A stretch of DNA of 30,412 nucleotides from Thermoflexus sp. (lineage in GTDB: Bacteria > Chloroflexota > Dehalococcoidia > Tepidiformales > Tepidiformaceae): assembly GCA_037439905.1 (NCBI GenBank), contig JBBIVC010000001.1, forward strand, positions 1 through 30,412, read 5' to 3'. The position numbers and the translations under genes are program-made. Positions 1-9,801 of this stretch are shown here, piece after piece (the first letter of the stretch is position 1; each line of letters begins with the position of its first letter). A model generated the notes under the pieces. The model did no database searches. It was not told the origin of the DNA and worked only from the letters and a program-made list of their open reading frames with translations.

Positions 1-137
1 AACCAGCCCTGGGCGTAGAACTGGAACATCATCGTGGCCGAGGAAAAGAACATCCCCGCCCAGAGGATGCGGAAGTCCCGGTGTTGGAGTGCCGGCACAC
101 GCTCGCGCCACCCGGCCCCCGGGCTTGCGGCCATCAT
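1..137 (-). CDS. MFS transporter, N-terminal part (continues beyond the left edge)
   Basis: Manual translation of the minus strand from ATG 137/134: (M)MAASPGAGWRERVPALQHRDFRILWAGMFFSSATMMFQFYAQGW, matching the typical 'aL.hRdFRllW.g' MFS (H+ antiporter/DUF894-like) start; GGAGG RBS upstream. Confidence 0.7.
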   Translation of the reverse strand, partial: MMAASPGAGWRERVPALQHRDFRILWAGMFFSSATMMFQFYAQGW

Positions 138-276
138 CCGGTTACCTCCCCAACTTGCGGTCCCGCCGGGGCCTGGCGTCAGGCGCCACCATAGGGGCCC
201 CGGCCCGTTTCGTCACCCGGCCTCCCTCGCAAAAGGCCCGGTAAGCTCGCGTTGCGCGGCGCTTGCCCGAGCGATC

Positions 277-311
277 TATACTGCGGCCCTCCTGAATCGC
301 AGCGAAAGGAG
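277..311 (+). promoter_or_regulatory. Putative -10 box (TATACT 277-282) and RBS (AGGAG 307-311) of aor
   Basis: Near-consensus -10 hexamer 38 nt before the ATG at 320; AAAGGAG 8 nt before the start. Confidence 0.5.
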
Positions 312-319
312 TTCTTCAT

Positions 320-2134
320 ATGGCACTCGGCGGTTACGCGGGACGAGTCGGCAACGTCGACCTCACCACCGGCACAGTCGACTACAGGCCCATTCCCGAG
401 GAGTGGGCGCGCAAGTACATCGGCGCGCGGGGCGTCGGTGTCCGCTACGTCTACGAAGCTGGCCCCACGATCGACCCGCTGAGCGGCGAGAACGTGCTCT
501 GCTTCATGAACGGGCCCCTCACCGGCAGCGAAGCAAGCATGAGCGGCCGCATCGCCGTCGTCACCAAGAGCCCCCTCACGGGCACCGTCACCGATAGCCA
601 CATGGGCGGCTGGAGCGCTGCCCGGTTGCGCTGGGCCGGGTTCGATGGTCTCGTCTTCAAAGGCAAGTCCTCCAAACCCGTCTACGCCTTCGTTTCGAAC
701 AACACTGTCGAACTGCGCGATGCCTCGGACCTCTGGGGCAAGGGCGTCCACGAGACCGTCAGGCTCCTCAAGGAGCGCCACGGCGCCGATGACCTGAGCG
801 TCATGGCCATCGGCCCGGCGGGCGAGAACCTCGTCCGGTTCGCCTCGTGGATCAACGAGAACGACCGCGCCTCCGGACGCGGCGGCACTGGCTGCGTCGG
901 CGGCTCGAAGATGCTCAAGGCCGTTGTCATCAAGGCCGCCCGCAACTACCCCCGCGCGGCCGACCGCGACGCGTGGCGCACAGCCCACTCCAACGCCCTC
1001 AAGAAGATCATGGACGAGGCGAACATCACCTCTCCCAAGAAGGGCGGCCTCTCCGTCTACGGCACCAATATGCTCATGAACGTGAGCAACACCATCGGCG
1101 GCCTGGGCGCCCGCAACAGCCAGGACACCTCCTTCGAGCATGCCGAGCTCCTCGGCGGCGAGTACGTCAAGGAGCACTACCTCATCGACGACCCGACCTG
1201 CCACGCCTGCCCGGTCGCCTGTAAGAAGGAAGTCGAAATCAAGGAAGGCCCCTACAAGGTCAAGATGGAATCCGTCGAGTACGAGCCTGCCTGGTCGCTC
1301 GGCGCCAATTGCGGCAACGACGACATCGCCTCCGTCGCCTACATGATCGACATGGCGAACGACCTCGGCTACGACGCGATTGAGATCGGCCAGGTCTGCT
1401 CCATGGTGATGGAGGCCACCCAGCGCGAGTACATCCCGGCGAGCGTTGGCATCGTCTGGGGTGATAAGGACCGGATGATCGAGGTCGCCCGCCTCATCAC
1501 CTACCGCCAGGGCATCGGCGACCAGCTCGCCAACGGCATCGACTCGTTCGCGAAATCGATCGGCCACCCGGAGATCGCCATGACGGTGAAGGGCCAGGCC
1601 ACCCCGGCCTACGACCCGCGCGGCTTCAAGGGCATGGGGCTCGGCTACGCCACCTCCAACCGCGGCGCCTGCCACCTCCGCGGCTACAGCCCCGCCAGCG
1701 AGCTCGGCGTCATCGGCCTCAAGACCGACCCGCTGGCCTACCAGGGCAAGGGCGAGCTCCTCAAGCTCCTCCAGGACATCCATGCCTTCTCCGATAGCCT
1801 GGACCTCTGCAAGTTCAGCGCCTTCGCCGAAGGCCCCGACGAATACGCCGAGCAGTACCGCGTGATGACCGGCATCGAGAAGTTCGACGCCGACGACGTC
1901 CTCCGCACCGGCGAGCGCATCTACAACCTCGAACGCCACTACAACAACCTGGCGGGCTTCCGCGAAGGCTCCGACTACCTCCCGAAGCGCTTCACCGAGG
2001 AACCCTCGAACGCGAAGGGCTCCCTCGGCCAGGTCTGCGAACTGAACGCGATGCTCGAGGAGTACTACCGCGTCCGCGGCTGGAAGAACGGCGTTGTGCC
2101 GGAGGAGAAGCTGAAGGAACTCGAAATCGTCTGA
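320..2134 (+). CDS. aor: Aldehyde:ferredoxin oxidoreductase (W/Mo-pterin, AOR family)
   Basis: 604 aa; AOR N-terminus (GRVGNVDLTTG, KSPLTG, GGWSAARLRWAGFDG), GRGGTGCVGGSKMLKAV, CHACPVAC 4Fe-4S ligands, GMGLGYATSNRGACHL, DSLDLCKF, EYYRVRGW. Confidence 0.93.
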   Translation: MALGGYAGRVGNVDLTTGTVDYRPIPEEWARKYIGARGVGVRYVYEAGPTIDPLSGENVLCFMNGPLTGSEASMSGRIAVVTKSPLTGTVTDSHMGGWSAARLRWAGFDGLVFKGKSSKPVYAFVSNNTVELRDASDLWGKGVHETVRLLKERHGADDLSVMAIGPAGENLVRFASWINENDRASGRGGTGCVGGSKMLKAVVIKAARNYPRAADRDAWRTAHSNALKKIMDEANITSPKKGGLSVYGTNMLMNVSNTIGGLGARNSQDTSFEHAELLGGEYVKEHYLIDDPTCHACPVACKKEVEIKEGPYKVKMESVEYEPAWSLGANCGNDDIASVAYMIDMANDLGYDAIEIGQVCSMVMEATQREYIPASVGIVWGDKDRMIEVARLITYRQGIGDQLANGIDSFAKSIGHPEIAMTVKGQATPAYDPRGFKGMGLGYATSNRGACHLRGYSPASELGVIGLKTDPLAYQGKGELLKLLQDIHAFSDSLDLCKFSAFAEGPDEYAEQYRVMTGIEKFDADDVLRTGERIYNLERHYNNLAGFREGSDYLPKRFTEEPSNAKGSLGQVCELNAMLEEYYRVRGWKNGVVPEEKLKELEIV

Positions 2135-2157
2135 CGGCTCGTGCCCCATCGGCAGCG

Positions 2158-2190
2158 AGAAGGCCCTTCCCTTCCCGGAAAGGGCCTTCT
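2158..2190. terminator. Hairpin between convergent aor and PIG-L genes (probable bidirectional terminator)
   Basis: AGAAGGCCCTT...AAGGGCCTTCT, 11-bp inverted repeat between two convergent stop codons. Confidence 0.6.
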
Positions 2191-2191
2191 G

Positions 2192-2923
2192 CTATTCGTG
2201 GACGGGGTCTTCCTCCAGGATGAACCGCCGGAAAGCCTCGGCGAACTCGAAATCCTGCCCCTGCGCGGCCATCCGGGCGAACGCCTCCGCGAACTCCACC
2301 ACGTCCGGCCCGAGCTGGCTCGGGTGCTCCAGGAGCGCCGCCTTTTTCAGCTCCAGCGTCTCGCCGATATCGACCCACACGTTCGGCTTGTCCGAACCCG
2401 AAAGCCACACCTGGCGCACTTTCCACGGCTGGTAGCCATCGACCAGGAGCTCCGGGAACGTCAGCCGGTCGCGGGCCGTCGGGAAGGTCGCATCGAGCGC
2501 GACATCGCCCGCCACCCGGTGGTCCGGGTGGTTCACATAATTGTCGCTGAAGAACCGGTTCGTCGGGTCGAACGTGAGCAGCACATATGGCCGGTACTTC
2601 CGGATGAGCCGCGCCACATCGCGGCGCAGCTCCAGGCTGTGCTGCAGGTAGCCATCGGGGTAGCCCATGAACTCGTAGTTCGCCACGCCCAGCACGGCGC
2701 CGGCGTTGCGCTGCTCGGCCTCGCGGATGGCGGTCAGCCGCTCGCTCGTCATGTTCGGGTCGTCGCTGCCCTTGTCGCCCTTGGTGATGATGACGTAGGT
2801 GACCTCGCAGCCCCTGCGGGCCCACCGGGCAACTGTCCCGGCCACCATGAACTCCGCATCGTCCGGGTGGGCGACGACGACCATGGCGGAAGGTGGGACG
2901 AATCCTTCGACGTTCGAGGGCAT
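2192..2923 (-). CDS. PIG-L/LmbE family deacetylase (MshB/BshB-like)
   Basis: VVVAHPDDAE metal motif, TKGDKG, R..EQRNA, HPDH; start moved to ATG 2923, which has an AGGAG RBS. Confidence 0.88.
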   Translation of the reverse strand: MPSNVEGFVPPSAMVVVAHPDDAEFMVAGTVARWARRGCEVTYVIITKGDKGSDDPNMTSERLTAIREAEQRNAGAVLGVANYEFMGYPDGYLQHSLELRRDVARLIRKYRPYVLLTFDPTNRFFSDNYVNHPDHRVAGDVALDATFPTARDRLTFPELLVDGYQPWKVRQVWLSGSDKPNVWVDIGETLELKKAALLEHPSQLGPDVVEFAEAFARMAAQGQDFEFAEAFRRFILEEDPVHE

Positions 2924-2979
2924 GGGGCGCGCTCCTGGCTCAGGATGCAATCGAGCGTAGCAGGTGTGCCGCCCCGGCT

Positions 2980-3216
2980 TCAGCCGCCCGTTTCGCTCGC
3001 ACTGGCCGGTGCGACAACATACTCGACCACGGTGCGCGGCTCGGGGATAGGCAGCCCGTCCTCACGGAGCCCCTCGATATGAAACTCGATGGCCTCTGCG
3101 ATTTCCCGTTCCGCCTCTGCGATGGTGTCCCCAACGGCGACGCACCCGGGGAGGTCCGGGACATATGCGGAGTAGTTCTCCCCCGCCAGCTCAATCACAA
3201 CGGCGTACTTCTTCAT
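2980..3216 (-). CDS. hicB: HicB-family antitoxin (short form, no hicA adjacent)
   Basis: MKKYAVVIELAGENYSAYVPDLPGCVAVGDTIAEAEREIAEAIEFHIEGLREDGLPIPEP is the canonical HicB RNase-H-like signature; GGAGG RBS. Confidence 0.85.
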   Translation of the reverse strand: MKKYAVVIELAGENYSAYVPDLPGCVAVGDTIAEAEREIAEAIEFHIEGLREDGLPIPEPRTVVEYVVAPASASETGG

Positions 3217-3319
3217 CCCGGTCCCTCCGCGCGAATCCCGCCAGCCTCGAACTGACGCAGGAGCTCCCCTCCGCCGGTCGACGCAACCTGCCGCCGGCTC
3301 CATCGAACGGAAGAGGCTC

Positions 3320-3568
3320 TCACCTCAGCTTCAGATCGTCCCGCGGACGGCACTCGCCTCGCTCGGCCAGTCGCTGCAACACCGAGACCCCGTCACGTTC
3401 GTACGCCTTTCGGGTTTCCCGGTCCAGCACTACCTCCACCTCGAACATCCCCACCGAACCGCAGAGCACCGAAAGCACCAGCTCTCCGCTCGCCTCACGC
3501 AACAGCATCCAGTCCCAGGGACGCTCCGCCACCGGCGGCCGTCCCGGTCCCAAATCGCGAGCCTCCAT
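3320..3568 (-). CDS. Small hypothetical protein (82 aa)
   Basis: 3' part of ORF 3320..4717: MEARDLGPGRPPVAERPWDWMLLREASGELVLSVLCGSVGMFEVEVVLDRETRKAYERDGVSVLQRLAE...; protein-like amphipathic strand pattern; TAGGCT -10 box 7 nt before the ATG. Confidence 0.55.
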   Translation of the reverse strand: MEARDLGPGRPPVAERPWDWMLLREASGELVLSVLCGSVGMFEVEVVLDRETRKAYERDGVSVLQRLAERGECRPRDDLKLR

Positions 3569-3622
3569 GCCGCGTAGCCTACCCGACACGCCAGGCCGGC
3601 CGCTCGCCCCTACCATATCCCC

Positions 3623-4561
3623 ATGCAGCCCCGGGTCCAGGCCCTCACCACCGATGAGCGTGGCTACGCCGAGGTCATCTCGGTTGGTCTCCTCCTGGCC
3701 GTCCTCATCGGCTTCGCCCTCTTCCTCTACTGCCGCGCAGAGGAGCAGACCGTCCCCATCACCGGCCGCACCCAGCGCGTCGCCCTCTCCGAGGAGGACC
3801 AGGCCCGGCTTGGGGCCGATGCCTACCGCGAAATCCTCGCCGAATCCGAAGCCGAGATCGTGCGCTCCGGCCCTGAAGCCGAGCTCGGCCAGCGCGTCGG
3901 CCAGCGCATCGCCGCCGTCGCCGATGACCCCGGCTTCGAATGGGAGTTCACCCTCATCGCCTCGCCCCTGAAGAACGCCTGGTGCCTGCCCGGCGGCAAG
4001 GTCGCCGTGTACAGCGGCATCCTCGAAGTCGCGCAGGACGAGGAGGGGCTGGCCGTGGTGATGGCGCACGAGATCGCCCACGCCATCGCCCAGCACGGCG
4101 CCGAGCGCATGCTCCAGGAACAGCTCACCCAGGTCGGCCTCCTCGCCGTCTCGGCCACCCTCGGCGGGCTCGACCCCGCGACCCGCGGCACCGTCCTCGC
4201 CCTCTTCGGCGCCGGCGCGCAGCTCGGCGTGCTCCTCCCTTTCAGCCGCGACATGGAAAGCGAGGCCGACCGCATCGGCCTCATCTACATGGCCCGCGCC
4301 GGGTACAACCCGGAGGCGGCAATCGGCTTCTGGGAGCGCACGGCTGCCGCCCGTGAAGGTCCGGAGCCGCCCGAGTACGCCTCCACCCACCCCTCGAACG
4401 CCAGCCGCATCGCGGGCATTCAGAAGTGGCTCCCGGAGGCGATGGAGGAGTACCGCAAGACGCTCGGCGCCCGCCCTACGACGCGGCCGCTGCCCCTGGC
4501 GTGGCGCCGGCCTCTTCCAGCGCCCGCTCAGCGAATGGCCGCAGCATTTGCATGGGGCTGA
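3623..4561 (+). CDS. M48 family zinc metallopeptidase (LoiP/Oma1-like)
   Basis: NAWCLPGGKV, HEIAH zinc motif, PFSRDMESEADRIG, STHPS; N-terminal transmembrane helix. Confidence 0.88.
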   Translation: MQPRVQALTTDERGYAEVISVGLLLAVLIGFALFLYCRAEEQTVPITGRTQRVALSEEDQARLGADAYREILAESEAEIVRSGPEAELGQRVGQRIAAVADDPGFEWEFTLIASPLKNAWCLPGGKVAVYSGILEVAQDEEGLAVVMAHEIAHAIAQHGAERMLQEQLTQVGLLAVSATLGGLDPATRGTVLALFGAGAQLGVLLPFSRDMESEADRIGLIYMARAGYNPEAAIGFWERTAAAREGPEPPEYASTHPSNASRIAGIQKWLPEAMEEYRKTLGARPTTRPLPLAWRRPLPAPAQRMAAAFAWG

Positions 4562-5786
4562 GCGGTGTGCCAAGCGAAGCGCAGACCCCGCGCAGCAGCC
4601 CGATGACCCTCCCCAGCAACACCAGGTCCCCCGGGATCGCCTCCACCGGGTTCGCCCGCATGGCGCCCCGCCGCTCGGCAATCTCGCTCTCCGCTGGCCG
4701 GTCGATCGGCCGCGCATCGAACATCAGCTGCATCAGCGGCAGCACATCTCCCGGCGATTCCGACTTCACCTTCACGCCCAGCTCGCGGAACGCCTCGACG
4801 ATGCCGTGCGGGTCGCGGTCGCCGGCAGCGACGACGAGCTTTGCGAACCCCAGCCGGGCCCGCTCCGGGAGCTCCTTCGTGAGTCCGAAGTCGAGCAGCC
4901 CGGCGCGGCCGCCCGGCAACACCAGGATGTTGCCCGGGTGCGGGTCGGCCTGGAACAGCCCGTCGACCATGATCTGGTGGCCGTAGGCCTCGGCCACCGT
5001 CCTGGCGAACGCGACCCGGTCGATGTTCATCGATGCGAGCCGTTCGCGGTCGAGCAGCCGCGCCCCGTGGATGTACTCGGTAACGATGACCTTCCGTGCC
5101 ACGTGGTCGTCGATCACCTGCGGCACCACCACACCCGGCACCCCGCGCAGGTTCTCCCGGATGCGCCGCGTCATCTCCGCCTCGCGCTCGAAATCGAGCT
5201 CCAGCGGCACCTGGCTGGCGATCTCATTCACCACCGCCCGGAAGTCGAAGTTCGGCTCGCGGCGGGCCACAATCCCCACGATGGTCCGCAGGTTGCGGAT
5301 ATCCAGGCGCACCAGCCCCGCTACCTCGGGGTACTGCACCTTCACCACCACCTCGCGCCCGTCAGGGAGCGTGGCCCGATGCACCTGCGCGAGCGAAGCC
5401 GAGCCGATCGGACGCTCATCGAAGGTCGCGAACAGCTCTTCGATGGGGCGCTTCAGCTCGCTCTCGATGGTCTGGCGCACCACCGCCATCGGCCGCGCCG
5501 GGACCTGGTCCTGCAGCCGCGAAAGCGAACGGCTGTACGGCTCTGGCACGACGTCGGTCCGCGTGCCGATGAACTGCCCCGACTTGATGTACAGGCCTTT
5601 CAGGTCGACAGCCAGGCGGTAGAGCGATTCGGCGGCCGCCTCGTGGCGGCGCTCCCAGTGCCCGGCAGCCACCTCGGGCGGCAGCTTCCGCACGGCGCGC
5701 TGCGTGCGCTTGTACCCGAGGTAGATCCGCGCGCCGGTGCGGGCCACGCGAAGGCTGCGGCGAAAGCGTTTGGCGTGTTCGAACAT
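4476..5786 (-). CDS. ABC1/AarF/UbiB family atypical kinase
   Basis: LKGLYIKSGQFIGTR, LSRLQDQVP, PIGSASLAQVHRA, VVVKVQYP, QADPHPGNI, LLDFG; start MFEHAK at 5786. Confidence 0.9.
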   Translation of the reverse strand: MFEHAKRFRRSLRVARTGARIYLGYKRTQRAVRKLPPEVAAGHWERRHEAAAESLYRLAVDLKGLYIKSGQFIGTRTDVVPEPYSRSLSRLQDQVPARPMAVVRQTIESELKRPIEELFATFDERPIGSASLAQVHRATLPDGREVVVKVQYPEVAGLVRLDIRNLRTIVGIVARREPNFDFRAVVNEIASQVPLELDFEREAEMTRRIRENLRGVPGVVVPQVIDDHVARKVIVTEYIHGARLLDRERLASMNIDRVAFARTVAEAYGHQIMVDGLFQADPHPGNILVLPGGRAGLLDFGLTKELPERARLGFAKLVVAAGDRDPHGIVEAFRELGVKVKSESPGDVLPLMQLMFDARPIDRPAESEIAERRGAMRANPVEAIPGDLVLLGRVIGLLRGVCASLGTPLSPMQMLRPFAERALEEAGATPGAAAAS

Positions 5787-5931
5787 GATTCGGGGTCCCG
5801 TCCGCGCCCAGTGTGCCCGCAGCGGGCGCCGCCCCGCAACAAAAGTGAAGCCGTCTTCCCGAAAAACGCGTCGCAATTTGCCGGGCCCGTCTGGCATGCT
5901 GTTTGCAGCAGCAACTACTGGCAGGCCTCCT

Positions 5932-6462
5932 GTGCACACCCTCCGCATCTCCCATCCCGCCATCTCCGGGCGCAACGCCCAGGCCACCATCGACTTCTAT
6001 ACCGGCGTCCTGGGCATGGAGCTCGTCCTCCGCCAGCCCAATCTCGATTACGAGCCCGAGGAGCACCTCTTCTTCCACGCCGGCAACGACAACTTCATCG
6101 CCTACTTCGTCCCCAGGCCCGGCGTCGACCCGGCGAGCTACCCCGAGGCCCAGGGCGGCTCCGGCCACATGGACCACGTCGCCCTCGATGTCCGCCTGGC
6201 CGACCTTCCCGCCTGGGAAGCTCGCCTCCGCGAGGCGGGCATCGATTACGAGGGGCCCATCGACCGCGGTTACGAGCGTTCGCTCTACTTCAAGGACCCC
6301 AACAACGTGACCGTGGAGCTGCTCGCGTGGATCACCGAGCCCCCGGCCGGCATGCCGCAGGCAGCCATCATCAAGCGCGCCCAGGCGATCCGCGAGGCCC
6401 GCGGCGCAGCGTTCATCGAAGACCGCGACGTCCGCCAGGCCATCGCCGAACTGTCCCGTTAG
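5932..6462 (+). CDS. VOC/glyoxalase family protein
   Basis: ISHPAI..TIDFYTGVLGM, MDHVALDV, RSLYFKDPNNVTVELL; start may be GTG 5932 or ATG 5896. Confidence 0.8.
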   Translation: MHTLRISHPAISGRNAQATIDFYTGVLGMELVLRQPNLDYEPEEHLFFHAGNDNFIAYFVPRPGVDPASYPEAQGGSGHMDHVALDVRLADLPAWEARLREAGIDYEGPIDRGYERSLYFKDPNNVTVELLAWITEPPAGMPQAAIIKRAQAIREARGAAFIEDRDVRQAIAELSR

Positions 6463-6735
6463 AACCCAACCCGGCCGTGGGGAGTTGAAGCTGCCGGGCC
6501 GTTTGGTCCCTGGTTGGGAAACCGTCCCGATGCCCAACCCTGGCGGCCCAACGCATCTAGCCCGGCCCGCGTTCCCACCCTCCACCTCTCCCTCCCAACC
6601 GGGAACCCACCCCGGAGCCAAACGCACCGCTGGCCATCGGCCGAATCTGCGCCGGGCCGTTTCCCAACACCCCAACCGGTCCATCAGCATCATCAACCTT
6701 CCTTCATTCCCCGGTATCTGTTCAGATGGATGGAG

Positions 6736-7998
6736 ATGCTTGATGCGGTCGAGATCCATGTGGAAGGCGGCAACGGAGGCCACGGGCTGGTCAGCTACCA
6801 CCGCGAGAAGTTCGTCCCCCAGGGAGGGCCGGACGGGGGGGATGGCGGCCGTGGCGGCCGGGTCTACCTCCGTGCGGTCGACGACGTGTACACGCTGGAG
6901 CAGTACCGCTCGAAGAAGAAGTTCAAGGCAGGGAACGGCGGAAACGGCGGGCCGAACCTCCGTCACGGCGCGAACGGGGCCGACCTCTACCTCGAGGTGC
7001 CGGTTGGCACGGTCGTCCACGAAGTTGATACGGGAGACCTGATCGCCGACCTGGAGACCGTTGGCCAGGAGGTGATCGTCGCCTTTGGCGGCCGTGGTGG
7101 CTGGGGCAACAAGCGGTTCGCCACCGCGACCAACAAGACACCCGGGTATTCGCAGAAGGGCCAGGAAGGCGAGTCGGTCAACATCCGCCTGGAGCTCCGG
7201 CTCCTTGCCGATGTTGGGCTCATTGGCCTTCCGAACGCTGGTAAGTCCACCTTCCTCGCGACCGTTTCGAACGCGAAGCCGAAGATCGCCAGCTACCCGT
7301 TCACCACGCTCGAGCCGATGCTTGGCGTTGTCAACGTTGGCTACGAGCGATTCACCCTGGCCGACCTCCCGGGCCTCGTCGAGGGCGCCTCGGAGGGGTA
7401 CGGTCTCGGTTTCGAATTCCTGAAGCACATCCGCCGCTGCCGTGTCCTTCTCCATGTCATCGATTGCAGCTCGCCCGACCCCGTCACCGACTACGAGCTC
7501 ATCGAGAGCGAGCTCCGCGCCTACGACCCCAAACTGGACGAGGTTGCCCGGGTGGTCGCCGTCACAAAGGCAGACCTGGCGCCGGAAGTGGCCTGGGAGG
7601 CAGCGAACATCCTCTCGCGCCACCTGGGCGGCACGCGCGTGTGGGTCGTGTCGGCGGAGACCGGGCAGGGCGTGGAGGAACTCACGGCCGAACTGATGGC
7701 CCGGGTCAACATCGAAAAGGCCCGTGCCGCCGCGGCGCCGCCCGAAGAGGTGCCCGTCATCCGCCCGCCATCGGAGGAGCGCTTCAGCGTGATGCGCGTG
7801 GGCGAAGGCCGCTACCTGGTCGAGGGCTACCGGCCCGTCACCTTCGTCCAGATGATGGATACGGGCATGCCCGGCGCCGAGGACGAGATCCTGCGGCGGC
7901 TGGAACGCTGGGGCATCGCGAGGGCGCTGCGCCAGGCCGGCGCCGAACGCGGCGACACCATCGTCTTCGGAGACGTGGAGCTGACCTGGCAGGGCTGA
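6736..7998 (+). CDS. obgE: GTPase ObgE/CgtA with C-terminal OCT domain
   Basis: GGNGGHG..REKFVPQGGPDGGDGGRGG Obg fold; G1 GLPNAGKS, YPFTTLEP, G3 DLPGL, G4 TKAD, G5 SAETG; C-terminal GIARALRQAGAERGDTIVFGDVEL. Confidence 0.96.
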   Translation: MLDAVEIHVEGGNGGHGLVSYHREKFVPQGGPDGGDGGRGGRVYLRAVDDVYTLEQYRSKKKFKAGNGGNGGPNLRHGANGADLYLEVPVGTVVHEVDTGDLIADLETVGQEVIVAFGGRGGWGNKRFATATNKTPGYSQKGQEGESVNIRLELRLLADVGLIGLPNAGKSTFLATVSNAKPKIASYPFTTLEPMLGVVNVGYERFTLADLPGLVEGASEGYGLGFEFLKHIRRCRVLLHVIDCSSPDPVTDYELIESELRAYDPKLDEVARVVAVTKADLAPEVAWEAANILSRHLGGTRVWVVSAETGQGVEELTAELMARVNIEKARAAAAPPEEVPVIRPPSEERFSVMRVGEGRYLVEGYRPVTFVQMMDTGMPGAEDEILRRLERWGIARALRQAGAERGDTIVFGDVELTWQG

Positions 7999-7999
7999 C

Positions 8000-9508
<1,509 letters not shown>

Positions 9509-9555
9509 GGCCGTGCTCCGGAGCGTGTGCGAAATGTGCGCTATTCTAGCCGCGC

Positions 9556-9801
9556 TCAGCCGCCTCCGCGCATCGTCCGCCGCCGGAGATAGGCCGCCAC
9601 CTCCGCCTCCCGCTCTCCGGAAACTACGAGAAACAGCACCGGGATCACCATGCGCCCCAGGCGGGCCGGCTCGCCTTGCACGAACTCCACCTGCCACCCA
9701 TCAGCGGTGACTCGCGCACCCTCGGCCACTCCACCCAGCTCCCGCAGCAGGTCGCGCCGGATCTCCTCCGCGGGGAGGTTCCGGACCTCCAGCCGGGTCA
9801 T
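9556..9801 (-). CDS. Small protein (81 aa) ending in MRGGG, probably DUF1952-like
   Basis: MTRLEVRNLPAEEIRRDLLRELGG...GWQVEFVQGEPARLGRMVIPVLFLVVSGEREAEVAAYLRRRTMRGGG; start overlaps the MoaD-like stop (ATGA). DUF1952 resemblance is from memory, not searched. Confidence 0.65.
   Translation of the reverse strand: MTRLEVRNLPAEEIRRDLLRELGGVAEGARVTADGWQVEFVQGEPARLGRMVIPVLFLVVSGEREAEVAAYLRRRTMRGGG

Noticed and set aside
160-240. Possible Moco/Tuco riboswitch upstream of aor (GCCGGGGCC/GGCCCCGGC stem; CCTCCC..AAAAGG)
   Set aside because: Only loose similarity to the motif's last stem; the predicted -10 at 277-282 lies downstream, so this region is probably not in the aor leader.
179-2149. Long antisense or alternate-frame ORFs (e.g. 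179..2149 -, 5416..8046 -, 8051..9592 +, 13134..14420 -, 19042..20262 + extension, 25043..26689 +)
   Set aside because: Shadow ORFs of high-GC coding sequence opposite well-supported genes; Arg/Pro/Ala-rich and without family motifs.
3217-3319. Possible hicA remnant upstream of hicB
   Set aside because: All three minus-strand frames were translated; none shows the HicA GSH motif or its typical C-terminus.
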